Shown in pieces: positions 1 through 9,672 of a stretch of 64,000 nucleotides of DNA. The first letter of the stretch is position 1. Each line of letters opens with the position of its first letter. The DNA is taken from NCBI GenBank assembly GCA_964355745.1, contig CAYHEN010000001.1:17-64016 (forward strand). The letters run 5' to 3'. Source of the DNA: Candidatus Woesearchaeota archaeon. Its GTDB lineage: Archaea > Nanobdellota > Nanobdellia > Pacearchaeales > GW2011-AR1. A program made the translations under genes and the position numbers. Below the pieces are notes generated by a model. It was given only the letters and a program-made list of their open reading frames with translations. It was not told the DNA's origin and ran no database searches.

Positions 1-609
1 TATCCACTCTGCCCATTCTGTAATTTTTACTCCATAAAGGGTTGGTATCCATTCAACTCTTTCATTAGGAAGGACATCTGTAAATATTCCTAGAGTTATG
101 CTTCCAGAAAGAAGTGTGGCATCTTTGTTGAGGCTATTCCATGTAAATCTCTGTTCAGTATGTGTTCCTGTCTGATTTTGAACACAATCATATTTTTCTA
201 TACTTCCATTAACACTTAATCTTTCTTTACAAACTGTTTCATAATCAGGAACTTCAATATTGTAATATGTTTTATATTTATACCTAAACTCTCTACTAAA
301 TGACTTCATATTATTTTTAACATCATAGAATTCCATATCATTGAAAACATTAGAAATATCAGCATAATTTTCTATTGTAAATTCAGCAACTAATCTGTCT
401 TTTCCTCTTATTACATTGTATATCTGCGGAGTATTCAATCTTATTTTTGCTACCTCAATTGCTCCATTACTGATAGTTACAGTTTTAGTTACAGAATCAT
501 AACTCTTGGTGTTGTCTGTGGGAGCTGCAAGAACAAAATACAATGAAAAACTAATTATTAAAAGTAAAATAATCAATACAGAAAGCTTCGTCTTCCCCTT
601 TTTATCCAT
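1..609 (-). CDS. Secreted/membrane-anchored hypothetical protein, N-terminal part only (runs off window start)
   Basis: Reverse-complement translation from ATG (607-609) gives MDKKGKTKLSVLIILLLIISFSLYFVLAAPTD... This is a basic N-terminus followed by a hydrophobic helix (signal peptide or signal anchor). The frame stays open to position 1. Confidence 0.5.
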   Translation of the reverse strand, partial: MDKKGKTKLSVLIILLLIISFSLYFVLAAPTDNTKSYDSVTKTVTISNGAIEVAKIRLNTPQIYNVIRGKDRLVAEFTIENYADISNVFNDMEFYDVKNNMKSFSREFRYKYKTYYNIEVPDYETVCKERLSVNGSIEKYDCVQNQTGTHTEQRFTWNSLNKDATLLSGSITLGIFTDVLPNERVEWIPTLYGVKITEWAEWI

Positions 610-755
610 TTTATACTATTTTTATACTAAAATTAGTATGTATTTAAACTTTGGGGTTATTTTGTAGATTATTATATTAATTAGAGAATAAAACAATTCA
701 GAAGATTTATGAAAACATTTAATAATTTACTTTTTAATTTTTAGTGAGATAAAAC

Positions 756-2027
756 ATGATAAAATACACTACCTCTGAAGCAGGAGACAAGAAAATAGAA
801 TCAGACATGAAAATTATCTGCAAAGAAATTTTAAATAGAATAACAAATGTGGAGAGCATAATTTTAACAGGCGGGTTTTCAAGAGGAGAGGGGGCTGTAA
901 AAATAGAAAAAGGAAAAATTTTCCCGTATAATGACTACGACATTCAGGTTATCAGCGAAACAAAAATTAGCAAAGAAGACATAGACAAAATCTCTATACA
1001 GATATCAGAAAAATTAGGATATAAAGGGATTGTTAATTTCTATCCATTCAAAAAAGAAAACCAGAAAATGAAAAATAATTTTTATATTGATTTGAAGATA
1101 AACTCTGCAGAAGATTTAAGGAAAATGCTTCCAAGAATAAGAACTTATGAACTCAAGAACAATTCAAGAATTTTATATGGGAAAGACCCGAGATACTCGA
1201 TTCCCAATTACAGTTTAAGGGATATTCCTTTGTCTGAAGGAGCAAAACTCTTACTCGATAGAATGAGCCAGATGATTGAATATTATTCTTTAGATAAAAA
1301 GCACGAGGAAGAGTTCTTGACATATATAATCCAGCAGGCATATGCTGCTTGCTGCACTTCTCTTTTATTGCTGAGCAAGAAGTATGAAATTGGATATGAA
1401 AAATCCATGCATATCTTAAAAGACACCTATAGAAAAGATTTTCCAAAATTGTGTGATAAAATCCCAGATTTAACTGAGAAGATTGAGCAATTTATCAAAT
1501 GGAAATTAAATCCAGAAAAACTTCCAAATAACAATGTTGAAAAAGAATGGTTTATAGCCAAGAAAAACATTCTTGAGGTATCTAAATATTTTTTCAGCAG
1601 ATTTCTGCACAAAAAAATAGAAACAATAGAAGAATTATCCAAAGCGATATCGAATATGAAAAGAGAATTCTATAGTCCGTATATAAAAGTAATGAAAAAA
1701 TTTAAAGTAAGAGGGGTGGATTGGTTTGATAAGAGTATTGGATATCTCCTTGTTCCATTTTGGTTTAGACATCTGTATAATAGAAGATTAAAAAGATTGT
1801 CCATAGAATTTAAGACAAGAAAGTCATCTCCAGATTTAGTAATTTTCTCGTCGCTGATTTATCTAATCAGCACAATAAAAGAAGAAAACAAGATAGACGA
1901 AAGAGAATTATCAAAGGGAAAGGATATCTTGTCGCTTGTTTATCCTGTAAATGGAAAAGATTGGGAGGAAATAACTATCGATTATGCAAATGCTTATATA
2001 GCGTTTTTTCTTCAAAAAATTCGATGA
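756..2027 (+). CDS. Pol-beta-superfamily nucleotidyltransferase domain protein (423 aa)
   Basis: The N-terminus has ILTGGFSRGEG...NDYDIQVI, a G[GS]-x-RGE...DxD nucleotidyltransferase-fold motif. ATG confirmed at 756. The stop overlaps the next gene as ATGA. Confidence 0.55.
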   Translation: MIKYTTSEAGDKKIESDMKIICKEILNRITNVESIILTGGFSRGEGAVKIEKGKIFPYNDYDIQVISETKISKEDIDKISIQISEKLGYKGIVNFYPFKKENQKMKNNFYIDLKINSAEDLRKMLPRIRTYELKNNSRILYGKDPRYSIPNYSLRDIPLSEGAKLLLDRMSQMIEYYSLDKKHEEEFLTYIIQQAYAACCTSLLLLSKKYEIGYEKSMHILKDTYRKDFPKLCDKIPDLTEKIEQFIKWKLNPEKLPNNNVEKEWFIAKKNILEVSKYFFSRFLHKKIETIEELSKAISNMKREFYSPYIKVMKKFKVRGVDWFDKSIGYLLVPFWFRHLYNRRLKRLSIEFKTRKSSPDLVIFSSLIYLISTIKEENKIDERELSKGKDILSLVYPVNGKDWEEITIDYANAYIAFFLQKIR

Positions 2028-3127
2028 AAAAATTGATAATCTGCATTGACGGATTAGGATATGACTTAATTTCAGAAGAAAATACTCCTTTTTTATACAA
2101 TTTTGGGATTAAAAATAATTTAAGTGTTTTAAAAACCTTTTTTGCATTTACTGGTGTGGAATACAGTTTTTTTAGAGCAGATACGCCACAGGAAAATGGA
2201 ATTTGGCTGGAATTTTCAAAATCAGCAGATTCTATATTTAATAATTCTATTTTAAGATTTCTTTCATTTAACAAAAAATTAAGAACTTATCTTGGAGCAA
2301 TTCTCCAATTTTTAAATAAAAGGACTTATATCTCTGCGTTGCACAATATTCCTGCAAACAAACTAAAATATTTTGATTCCAGTGTTAAACAGGGATTGTG
2401 GAAACTGCCTTATTTTCAAAATAAGAACTTTTCTTTTTACAAATGGCCTTTTTTTATTACAAAAAATGAAAAAGAAAAAAGAAAAATAATCTTCAGATAT
2501 GAATCTGATGAAGAAAGACTTGATAGGCTGACCAAAGAGAAAAATAAAGAAATATACTATACCCAACTAATGTCTGTAGATAAAACCCTGCATAAGTTTG
2601 GCAAGAGAAGCATACAGGCAAAAAATTCTTTGTTAAGCATAGACAAAATAATGAGAAGATATGTAAATGAGTTCTTAGAAGAAAACCCTGAAGGAAGAAT
2701 TATTATCTGGGGAGACCACGGATTTGCTGATATTACAGATTACATAAATTTGGAAGATATTTTGCCTAAAAGAAAAGATTATCTCTTTTTCATTGCAGGA
2801 ACTACTGCTTCTTTTTGGTTTAGCAATGAAGAGGCTAAAAAAGAGGTTTTAGAAAGGTTATCTAAAATTAAAGAGATAAAAATACTGGATAAAAAAACTG
2901 CCAAGAAATATAAAATTCCATTCGATAAAAAATATGGGGAGATTGTATTTTATGTAGAAAAGGGAAAATACTTTTTTCCAAATTTTTATCAAAATTCAGA
3001 AGAGGAGCAATTCAAAGCCATGCACGGCTACCCAAACGATGATGAGTTAGATGGTTTTTTAATTACCAATATAAAAAAAAGAGTGAATAAATCTTTAAAA
3101 ATAAATGAGATTAGAAAAATTCTATGA
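2024..3127 (+). CDS. Alkaline-phosphatase-superfamily metalloenzyme (type I phosphodiesterase / nucleotide pyrophosphatase-like)
   Basis: Motifs ICIDGLGYD near the N-terminus and IIIWGDHGF, matching the DG...DHG metal-ligand pattern of the AP superfamily. The track ORF begins with TTG at 1961. I moved the start to ATG 2024 (MKKLIICIDG), which overlaps the upstream stop as ATGA. Confidence 0.5.
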   Translation: MKKLIICIDGLGYDLISEENTPFLYNFGIKNNLSVLKTFFAFTGVEYSFFRADTPQENGIWLEFSKSADSIFNNSILRFLSFNKKLRTYLGAILQFLNKRTYISALHNIPANKLKYFDSSVKQGLWKLPYFQNKNFSFYKWPFFITKNEKEKRKIIFRYESDEERLDRLTKEKNKEIYYTQLMSVDKTLHKFGKRSIQAKNSLLSIDKIMRRYVNEFLEENPEGRIIIWGDHGFADITDYINLEDILPKRKDYLFFIAGTTASFWFSNEEAKKEVLERLSKIKEIKILDKKTAKKYKIPFDKKYGEIVFYVEKGKYFFPNFYQNSEEEQFKAMHGYPNDDELDGFLITNIKKRVNKSLKINEIRKIL

Positions 3128-4578
3128 ATGACATTTGTTTGATTAATCCTCCTTTAGATAAAAAAACAACAAGCAAATTTCCTATGTCTGGAGTTCCTTT
3201 GGGAATTGCGTGTTTAGCAGCTTATCTAAGAGAGAGAAAAATATCCTCACAAGTCATAGATGCTCCTATAAAAGGATGGAATTTTGAAAAAACAGCCATA
3301 GAAGCCATTAAATCCGGAGCAAAGATAATAGGAGTCAGTTGCTTAACAGAAAATAGATATTCCGCCTTAAAAACATTAGAAGAAATTAAAAAAAGAGATC
3401 CTGAAATCATCACAATAATCGGGGGATTGCATGCTACTTTCTTAGACAGATTATTGCTGGAAAATTATAAGTTTATTGACATTGTTGTCAGAGGAGAGGG
3501 AGAAGAAACCTTGTACGAATTAATCAAGGCAATAAAGAACAAAAAATCCATAGATAAAATTTTAGGAATCTCCTTCAGAAAGGGGAAAGAGGTAAAAATT
3601 AATCTTCCCAGATGCTTCATTGAGAGTATAGAAAACCTTCCTCTTCCTGCTTATGATTTATTCCCTATGAAAGAATACCCTCTGCCTCCTGATGTTAAAA
3701 ATGTGAAGCAAACAACTTTAGTAACAACTTCAAGAGGGTGCCCTATGGGATGTAAGTTCTGCGAAACAACTCTGGCTTGGGGAAAAAAAGTAAGAAGTAC
3801 CTCTGCTGAAAAGTTGTTTGAACAGGTTAAACAGTTAAATAAGGAATATGGAATTGATTATATCAGATTTGCCGATGATTTATTCACTCTTAAAAAAGAA
3901 AAAGTTATGAGATTTTGTGAGTTAGTAATCAAAAATAAGCTGCCTATCAAATTCAGGATACAGGCAAGAGTGGATACTGTTGACGAAGAAATGCTAAAAA
4001 TGTTAAAAAAAGCGGGTTGTGATCTGATTGAATATGGAGCAGAAGCAGGCTCTGATAAAGTCTTAAGAGCTATTGGAAAGAATATAACAATTGAGAGAAT
4101 AAAAAGAGCTTCTGCTTTAACAAAAAGGATTGGAATTGAACTAAAATTCTTTTTAATCATAGGTTCTTTGGAAGAAATTCCAGAAGACACCTGGGAAACT
4201 TTCGAATTAATAAAAGAAACAAGACCAGACTGGATAGGCATTAATGCTCTGACGATATATCCTGGAACTTATGTTTATGACATTGCAAAAAAAGAGGGGC
4301 TAATCAGCGACGATTTATGGCTTCATTATATAAATCCCAAAACAGGAAATGCCCCATTATATACAAAGAATTATTCAGACAAAGAAATGATTTTTTTGGC
4401 TCAATTAGGGCATGTTTGGGGTTGCAGGAATTCTGACAAAAAGAAATCTTATTCCTCATTGGAAAAAATACTCGCATTTTTATTAACAGAAAATTTTGCA
4501 AGGCTACTTGTTAAGAATAAAATTACGAGAAAAATTGCTGCTAATGTAGCATGGATTTTTTCTCCTCTTTTGCCATGA
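3124..4578 (+). CDS. B12-binding-domain radical SAM protein (class B type)
   Basis: N-terminal Rossmann-like B12-binding-type domain (IIGVSCLTENR...IIGGLHAT). Then SRGCPMGCKFC, the CxxxCxxC rSAM cluster. ATGA overlap with both neighbours. Confidence 0.8.
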   Translation: MNDICLINPPLDKKTTSKFPMSGVPLGIACLAAYLRERKISSQVIDAPIKGWNFEKTAIEAIKSGAKIIGVSCLTENRYSALKTLEEIKKRDPEIITIIGGLHATFLDRLLLENYKFIDIVVRGEGEETLYELIKAIKNKKSIDKILGISFRKGKEVKINLPRCFIESIENLPLPAYDLFPMKEYPLPPDVKNVKQTTLVTTSRGCPMGCKFCETTLAWGKKVRSTSAEKLFEQVKQLNKEYGIDYIRFADDLFTLKKEKVMRFCELVIKNKLPIKFRIQARVDTVDEEMLKMLKKAGCDLIEYGAEAGSDKVLRAIGKNITIERIKRASALTKRIGIELKFFLIIGSLEEIPEDTWETFELIKETRPDWIGINALTIYPGTYVYDIAKKEGLISDDLWLHYINPKTGNAPLYTKNYSDKEMIFLAQLGHVWGCRNSDKKKSYSSLEKILAFLLTENFARLLVKNKITRKIAANVAWIFSPLLP

Positions 4579-5573
4579 GAATTTTAGTTACAGGAGCCAG
4601 TGGATTTATTGGAAGCCATCTAGCTGAAAGGCTTGTTAAGGAAAAATATGATGTTAGAGTTTTGATTAGAAAAGAAAACCCCAAAAGAAGAAAAGACTCT
4701 TTGGAATTGCTTAAAAAATTAAAAGTAGAAATTATCAAAGGAGATTTGCTGGACAAAGAATCTTTGAAACATGCGATTAAAAATACAGATGTTATTTTTC
4801 ATTTGGCTGCAATAGCAAGACCAATGGCTATTCCTGATGAAGCATATTTTAAAGTAAACGAAGGAGGAACAAGAAATTTATTGGAGGTTTGTAGGGGTAA
4901 GAAAATAAAAAAAATAATCATAATGAGCAGCGTCTCTGCTGTAGGGACGACTAAAAACGGAATAGCAGTAAACGAACAAACAGAATGCAAACCAGTAGAC
5001 GTTTATGGGTGGAGCAAGCTCGCTGAAGAAAATGTTGCTATGGAGTATTTTAACAAGTACAAAATGCCTATTGTTATATTAAGGCCCCCGATGGTTTTTG
5101 GTGAAAGAGATTTTGAAATGCTCAAATTATTCAAAATTATAAGCAAGAGATTTTTTCCGATAAGCAGCAATATTAAGTGCATGGAATTTTTATATGCCGG
5201 AAATTTAGCCGAGGCATGCTTATTAGCAATGAAAAAAGGGAAAAATGGGGAGATATATCATATTTCAAATGGAGAGCATTACAGCATTAATGAAGTAGTC
5301 CATGCGATAGAAAAGGCGGGAAATAAAAAAATTTTTCCTGTGCAATTTCCAAAATTTATTATTATCTTTGGAGGCTATGTCTTGGAAACTCTTGGGAAAA
5401 TTTTCCATTTTCATCCGCCATTTAAACATGATACAATAGATTGGATGACTAAACAACTCTGGTATACTGACATCTCGAAAGCAGAAAGAGAGTTGATGTA
5501 TAAACCAATTTTCTCGCTTCAAGAAAGCATAAAAAAGACAGCAAATTATTATAAAGAGAGGGGTTATTTATAG
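4575..5573 (+). CDS. NAD-dependent epimerase/dehydratase (extended SDR)
   Basis: MRILVTGASGFIGSHL glycine-rich NAD-binding motif and the YGWSK YxxxK catalytic motif. Start trimmed to ATG 4575, which overlaps the upstream stop (ATGA). Track end coordinate kept. Confidence 0.8.
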   Translation: MRILVTGASGFIGSHLAERLVKEKYDVRVLIRKENPKRRKDSLELLKKLKVEIIKGDLLDKESLKHAIKNTDVIFHLAAIARPMAIPDEAYFKVNEGGTRNLLEVCRGKKIKKIIIMSSVSAVGTTKNGIAVNEQTECKPVDVYGWSKLAEENVAMEYFNKYKMPIVILRPPMVFGERDFEMLKLFKIISKRFFPISSNIKCMEFLYAGNLAEACLLAMKKGKNGEIYHISNGEHYSINEVVHAIEKAGNKKIFPVQFPKFIIIFGGYVLETLGKIFHFHPPFKHDTIDWMTKQLWYTDISKAERELMYKPIFSLQESIKKTANYYKERGYL

Positions 5574-5574
5574 A

Positions 5575-7005
5575 ATGAAAATAGTTTTTATAATAAAAAA
5601 ATTGAGTATTTCTGACCCTCTGGGAATTATGTGCCTATCATCTGCCCTCAAAGAAGCAGGGCATGAAACAGATTTGATATGTTTTGCAAAAGAGAATTTA
5701 TTTGAAAAACTGAGACAATTAAAACCTGATGTTGTTGCTTACAGCTTAACTACTGGTATGCATCAGGGATATATCTCTATAAATCAGGAAATTAAAAAAC
5801 ATTTTAAGGTATATTCTGTTTTTGGGGGGCCTCATCCTACTTTCTACCCTGAAATGATTAAAGAGGAAGGCGTAGATGCTGTATGCATAGGGGAAGGAGA
5901 AGAGGCTTTTGTTGAATTTGTAAACAAATTAGAAAAGAAAAAAGATGCAAGCAGGGTAAAAAACTTCTGGGTAAAAAATTCTAAGACAGGAAAGATAATA
6001 AAAAATCCATTAAGAATGTTAACTGAAAATTTGGATAAATTGCCTTTTGCTGACAGAGAATTGATTTACAAAAAAGACTCCTTTTTCGAAGGACTTGAAA
6101 TAAAAAGATTTATGACTGGCAGAGGATGTCCTTTCAAATGCACATATTGTTTTAACAGACAATATAATTCACTATATAAAGACAAAGGAAAAATTATCAG
6201 GCATAGAAGTGTGGATAATGTAATAAAAGAAATTCAGGAAATAAAAAGGAAATATCCTCTCAGAACTATTAAATTTATAGATGATACTTTTAATATAAAT
6301 TCTGTTTGGCTAAAAGAATTCTGTGAAAAATATAAAGAAAAAATAAATTTGCCATTCATATGCAATATACGTGCAGATTTAATAAATCCAGAAATGGTGC
6401 GACAATTAAGAAATGCAAATTGCATAGTCGTTTATATTGGCATTGAAACTGGAAATGAAAAAGTAAGAAGAGAAATATTAGAAAGAAATATGGGCAATGA
6501 ACAGATATTGAATGCATGCAGATTACTTAAAAAAGAAGGAATAAAGATAGTTGCACAGAACATGTTAGGGCTGCCAGGAGAAGATATAAATGGAACTTTT
6601 GAGACGATATTATTTAATTCAAAATGTAAGGTAGATTTTCCGGGATTTTCTATCTTTCAACCATATCCAGATACAGTTCTTACAGATTATGCAATAAGAA
6701 AAGGTTTTTTTGATGGGGATTTTGACAATTCTAATCCAGATTATCTGCGTAAGAGTCCATTAAAGCTTGGAATAAAAGAAAAAAGAGAGTTAGAAAACTT
6801 GAATAAATTTAGCAGCTTATTAGCAAAATTTCCTGTTTTAACTCCGATCATTCGTTTACTAATAAAATTCCCGGAAAATAAGGTATATAATTTAGTTTAT
6901 GCTTTATCTTATGGCATGTCTTTATGGAGTGTTTATTCAACTGCCTTTGGCTCTAATTTAAAACTTATAAAATCTGCTAAGAGGCTTTTAGAATACACTT
7001 TTTAA
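5575..7005 (+). CDS. B12-binding-domain radical SAM protein
   Basis: B12-binding-like N-domain (DVVAYSLTTG...VFGGPHPT...AVCIGEGEE) and GRGCPFKCTYC rSAM motif. Paralogous to 15932-17470 and 39697-41241. Confidence 0.8.
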   Translation: MKIVFIIKKLSISDPLGIMCLSSALKEAGHETDLICFAKENLFEKLRQLKPDVVAYSLTTGMHQGYISINQEIKKHFKVYSVFGGPHPTFYPEMIKEEGVDAVCIGEGEEAFVEFVNKLEKKKDASRVKNFWVKNSKTGKIIKNPLRMLTENLDKLPFADRELIYKKDSFFEGLEIKRFMTGRGCPFKCTYCFNRQYNSLYKDKGKIIRHRSVDNVIKEIQEIKRKYPLRTIKFIDDTFNINSVWLKEFCEKYKEKINLPFICNIRADLINPEMVRQLRNANCIVVYIGIETGNEKVRREILERNMGNEQILNACRLLKKEGIKIVAQNMLGLPGEDINGTFETILFNSKCKVDFPGFSIFQPYPDTVLTDYAIRKGFFDGDFDNSNPDYLRKSPLKLGIKEKRELENLNKFSSLLAKFPVLTPIIRLLIKFPENKVYNLVYALSYGMSLWSVYSTAFGSNLKLIKSAKRLLEYTF

Positions 7006-7010
7006 ATAAA

Positions 7011-7538
7011 ATGGTTGACAAATTATCTGCTACTTATCTTAATAAAAATCCGATAATAAGAATTTTTAGCAGAACAAAAATAAAAATTGCTCTTATAATA
7101 GCGGATTTAAAAAAAGACGATTTAATATTGGATTTTGGATGTGGACAGGGTTGGCTGAAAAATAATCTTAAAGGACAGGGCTATAATATTATAGGATATG
7201 ACATAACTCCAGAGCACAGCGATGTGAAAGATTACACTAAAATAAAACCAGATAAAATATTTGCAATGGATGTTTTTGAGCATATCCCAAAAGAGGAAGT
7301 TAGGAAAACTATTAAAAATTTCAAAAAAATGAACCCTAATTTTGAACTCATAACTTCTATTCCCACAGAAAATTGGATTTCAAGAAAGGCGAGAAAGCTT
7401 CTGGGAAAGAGCGAGAGAGTTAAAGACCACATAACCAACCTGAAAGAGATTAAGGAAATTTTAAAAGAAGAATTGAAATTAGCAAAAAAATTTAATTTCC
7501 TGACAGTTAGCTATATCGCCAAATTTAAGAATATTTAA
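7011..7538 (+). CDS. Class I SAM-dependent methyltransferase
   Basis: ILDFGCGQGW (motif I) and DVFEHIP (post-motif II), as in Methyltransf_11/23. Confidence 0.65.
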   Translation: MVDKLSATYLNKNPIIRIFSRTKIKIALIIADLKKDDLILDFGCGQGWLKNNLKGQGYNIIGYDITPEHSDVKDYTKIKPDKIFAMDVFEHIPKEEVRKTIKNFKKMNPNFELITSIPTENWISRKARKLLGKSERVKDHITNLKEIKEILKEELKLAKKFNFLTVSYIAKFKNI

Positions 7539-9099
7539 TTTCATAAATAACAGCAACTGGCTTTTCCTGTTGGTAATATGCCTGAACAGGCATCATACTA
7601 GAATTATGTCTCTCTGGATAAGAGTACATCCAAGGTTCATGATATTCAAAGGAAGATAACATTAGGTATCTTGGTTTTATTCTTGATAAATTTCTTTGGA
7701 ATGTTGCTTCATCTGCCCCCATCTGGCCTAAGCCATAAGTGGTTCTCTCAGAATAATAAGTTATTTGTGGACGAGATTCAGAGATTATTATGTCTTGCGG
7801 ATTTGAATTTTCTTTCATCCATATTCCTGCCTGCTGTACTTCTAAATAAGAAGTCAGTTTGTTGTCTATCAAACCATTTGACCAAGCATAATTTGAAGGA
7901 GCACTACTAGTAAGGTTTATTATTAAAAGCAGTAAAAGAAAAATCATTGAAAGAGCATATATTACTTTCTTGCTTATTTTTGGATAATGCTTGTTTATTA
8001 GATTTCCTGCTTTTATTATAGGAGTTGCTGCAATTAAGAACAAAAATGGGAGAGTTGAAAGAATGTATCTGTGTTCCACCAATTGAGTTATATAACCTAA
8101 AACCAAGAATGGAACAACAATCCACAGGAAGATAAAAAATTTCTTTTGAACTTCCTCATTCTTGAAAATCTTATCCAATCCAAGAAACATGTCCTGAAAG
8201 AAAATAAATATTCCTATCACAAACAAAACAAGAATAGATTTGGTGAGAATATATGGCAAATCTTTGAAATAATCAAATATTGTTGAAACACTCCTTACAT
8301 TAGGTGTTGTGCTGGAAACTCCTGAAACTCCAAAATAGTGAGAAAGAATATCTGTAAAAATATTTCCATAGTGCGTCCAGTATAAAACAAAGAATGGGAG
8401 AAGAACTGCAAATGCCAAACCAACAGTTATCCAAAGGTGTTTATTCTTAATGAATTTGAATTTCTCCCTTGTAAATATGAAAACAAGGAAAGGAAGAGCA
8501 AACATCGCAAACTGGAATCTTGTTAACAATGAAAGAGCATAAAAAACTCCAAACAGGTATAAAAATTTATTTCCTTCTTTAAGAACATATCCTTTCCAAA
8601 AAAATAACAGAGCAAGCAGAAGAAAAAATGTTGCCGGAATATCTGTTAATATCCTTCCTGTAAAAAATAAAGAAACCCAAGAAAATAATACTCCTAAAGA
8701 CACTAAAATAGCAGTTTTTTTATCAAACATTTTAGAGATTATAAAATAAGAGAGGGCAACTAGAGATGTTGACATCAACATAACCAAAAACCTTACTCCT
8801 ATCTCCCCTAAACCAAATTTAAAAAATACAGCGCCGATTAGCGCCCATAGAAAACCTCTTCTGTAATACCAGATATCCCCTATATTCAATCCAAGCCCCC
8901 ATTCTTTAGCTGTAGAGAAATAATCTCCCTCGTCCCACCAAAGAGGCTGATGTGCAGTTTTTAAGAAAATCAAAAATCTTATTATAAATGCGGCTATTAG
9001 AAGAACAATAAATATTTTATCATAATTATCTTTTATCATAGAAGAAAGTTTTTTCTTTATAGAATTTTTTCTCTTTTCTATGTCTTCTTCCATTAACAA
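7525..9099 (-). CDS. GT-C fold membrane glycosyltransferase (PMT/ArnT-like, GT39/GT83 family)
   Basis: At least 10 predicted TM helices. N-terminal loop motif PLWWDEGDYFSTAKEW, resembling the DE/DD loop of PMT/ArnT-type lipid-linked-sugar transferases. Confidence 0.6.
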   Translation of the reverse strand: MLMEEDIEKRKNSIKKKLSSMIKDNYDKIFIVLLIAAFIIRFLIFLKTAHQPLWWDEGDYFSTAKEWGLGLNIGDIWYYRRGFLWALIGAVFFKFGLGEIGVRFLVMLMSTSLVALSYFIISKMFDKKTAILVSLGVLFSWVSLFFTGRILTDIPATFFLLLALLFFWKGYVLKEGNKFLYLFGVFYALSLLTRFQFAMFALPFLVFIFTREKFKFIKNKHLWITVGLAFAVLLPFFVLYWTHYGNIFTDILSHYFGVSGVSSTTPNVRSVSTIFDYFKDLPYILTKSILVLFVIGIFIFFQDMFLGLDKIFKNEEVQKKFFIFLWIVVPFLVLGYITQLVEHRYILSTLPFLFLIAATPIIKAGNLINKHYPKISKKVIYALSMIFLLLLLIINLTSSAPSNYAWSNGLIDNKLTSYLEVQQAGIWMKENSNPQDIIISESRPQITYYSERTTYGLGQMGADEATFQRNLSRIKPRYLMLSSFEYHEPWMYSYPERHNSSMMPVQAYYQQEKPVAVIYEIKYS

Positions 9100-9117
9100 T
9101 TATTAATTTGTGAGTTT

Positions 9118-9672
9118 TTATTTGTTTTTATTGTTTAAAATATAATGAGCTGCTTCTAACATATCTCTCGCTACAAACTCTGCTTCTTTTACTAGATTTT
9201 TTTCTTCTCGTATCAGAATATGAATTGTTCTGCATCCTGCATTTTTTCCAGTCTGTATATCTCTTAAAGAATCTCCAATCATCCAAGATTCTCTTAAATT
9301 TAGATTAAAATCTCTTGCTGCTTGTTCAAGCATTCCTGTTTTGGGTTTTCTACAATCACAATCAGATTTATATTTTTCTATTGTTCCGTTTGGATGATGC
9401 GGACAGAAGTATTCTGCATTTATGAAAATTTCATGTTCTTTTAATTTTTCATGCATTTCTTTTTTAAATCTAAAATAATCTTCTTCTGTATAATATCCTC
9501 TTGCAATTCCAGACTGATTTGTAATGATTATTAATTTGTATCCTGCTTGTCTCAGCAATTTTAATCCTTCTACAACATTAGGGAGAATTTCCAAATCTTC
9601 TATTTTGTAGACATAACCTTTATCCACATTAATAGTTCCATCTCTGTCCAAAAAAACTGCTTTATTTTCCAT
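9118..9672 (-). CDS. gmhB: D-glycero-D-manno-heptose 1,7-bisphosphate phosphatase GmhB (HAD family)
   Basis: VFLDRDGTIN, IIITNQSGIARGY, YFCPHHP and CDCRKPKTGM all match GmhB signature segments. Confidence 0.8.
   Translation of the reverse strand: MENKAVFLDRDGTINVDKGYVYKIEDLEILPNVVEGLKLLRQAGYKLIIITNQSGIARGYYTEEDYFRFKKEMHEKLKEHEIFINAEYFCPHHPNGTIEKYKSDCDCRKPKTGMLEQAARDFNLNLRESWMIGDSLRDIQTGKNAGCRTIHILIREEKNLVKEAEFVARDMLEAAHYILNNKNK

Noticed and set aside
1153-1642. Antisense ORFs 1153-1446 and 1427-1642 inside the nucleotidyltransferase gene. Same pattern for 3222-3413, 3858-4241, 4304-4501, 22228-22824, 44294-45418, 54156-54626, 60459-60770, 62636-63200 and similar.
   Set aside because: All lie wholly within longer, motif-supported ORFs on the opposite strand. 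In a ~30% GC genome stop-free antisense frames of 60-130 codons are expected by chance, and their translations are low-complexity Phe/Leu/Ile-rich.
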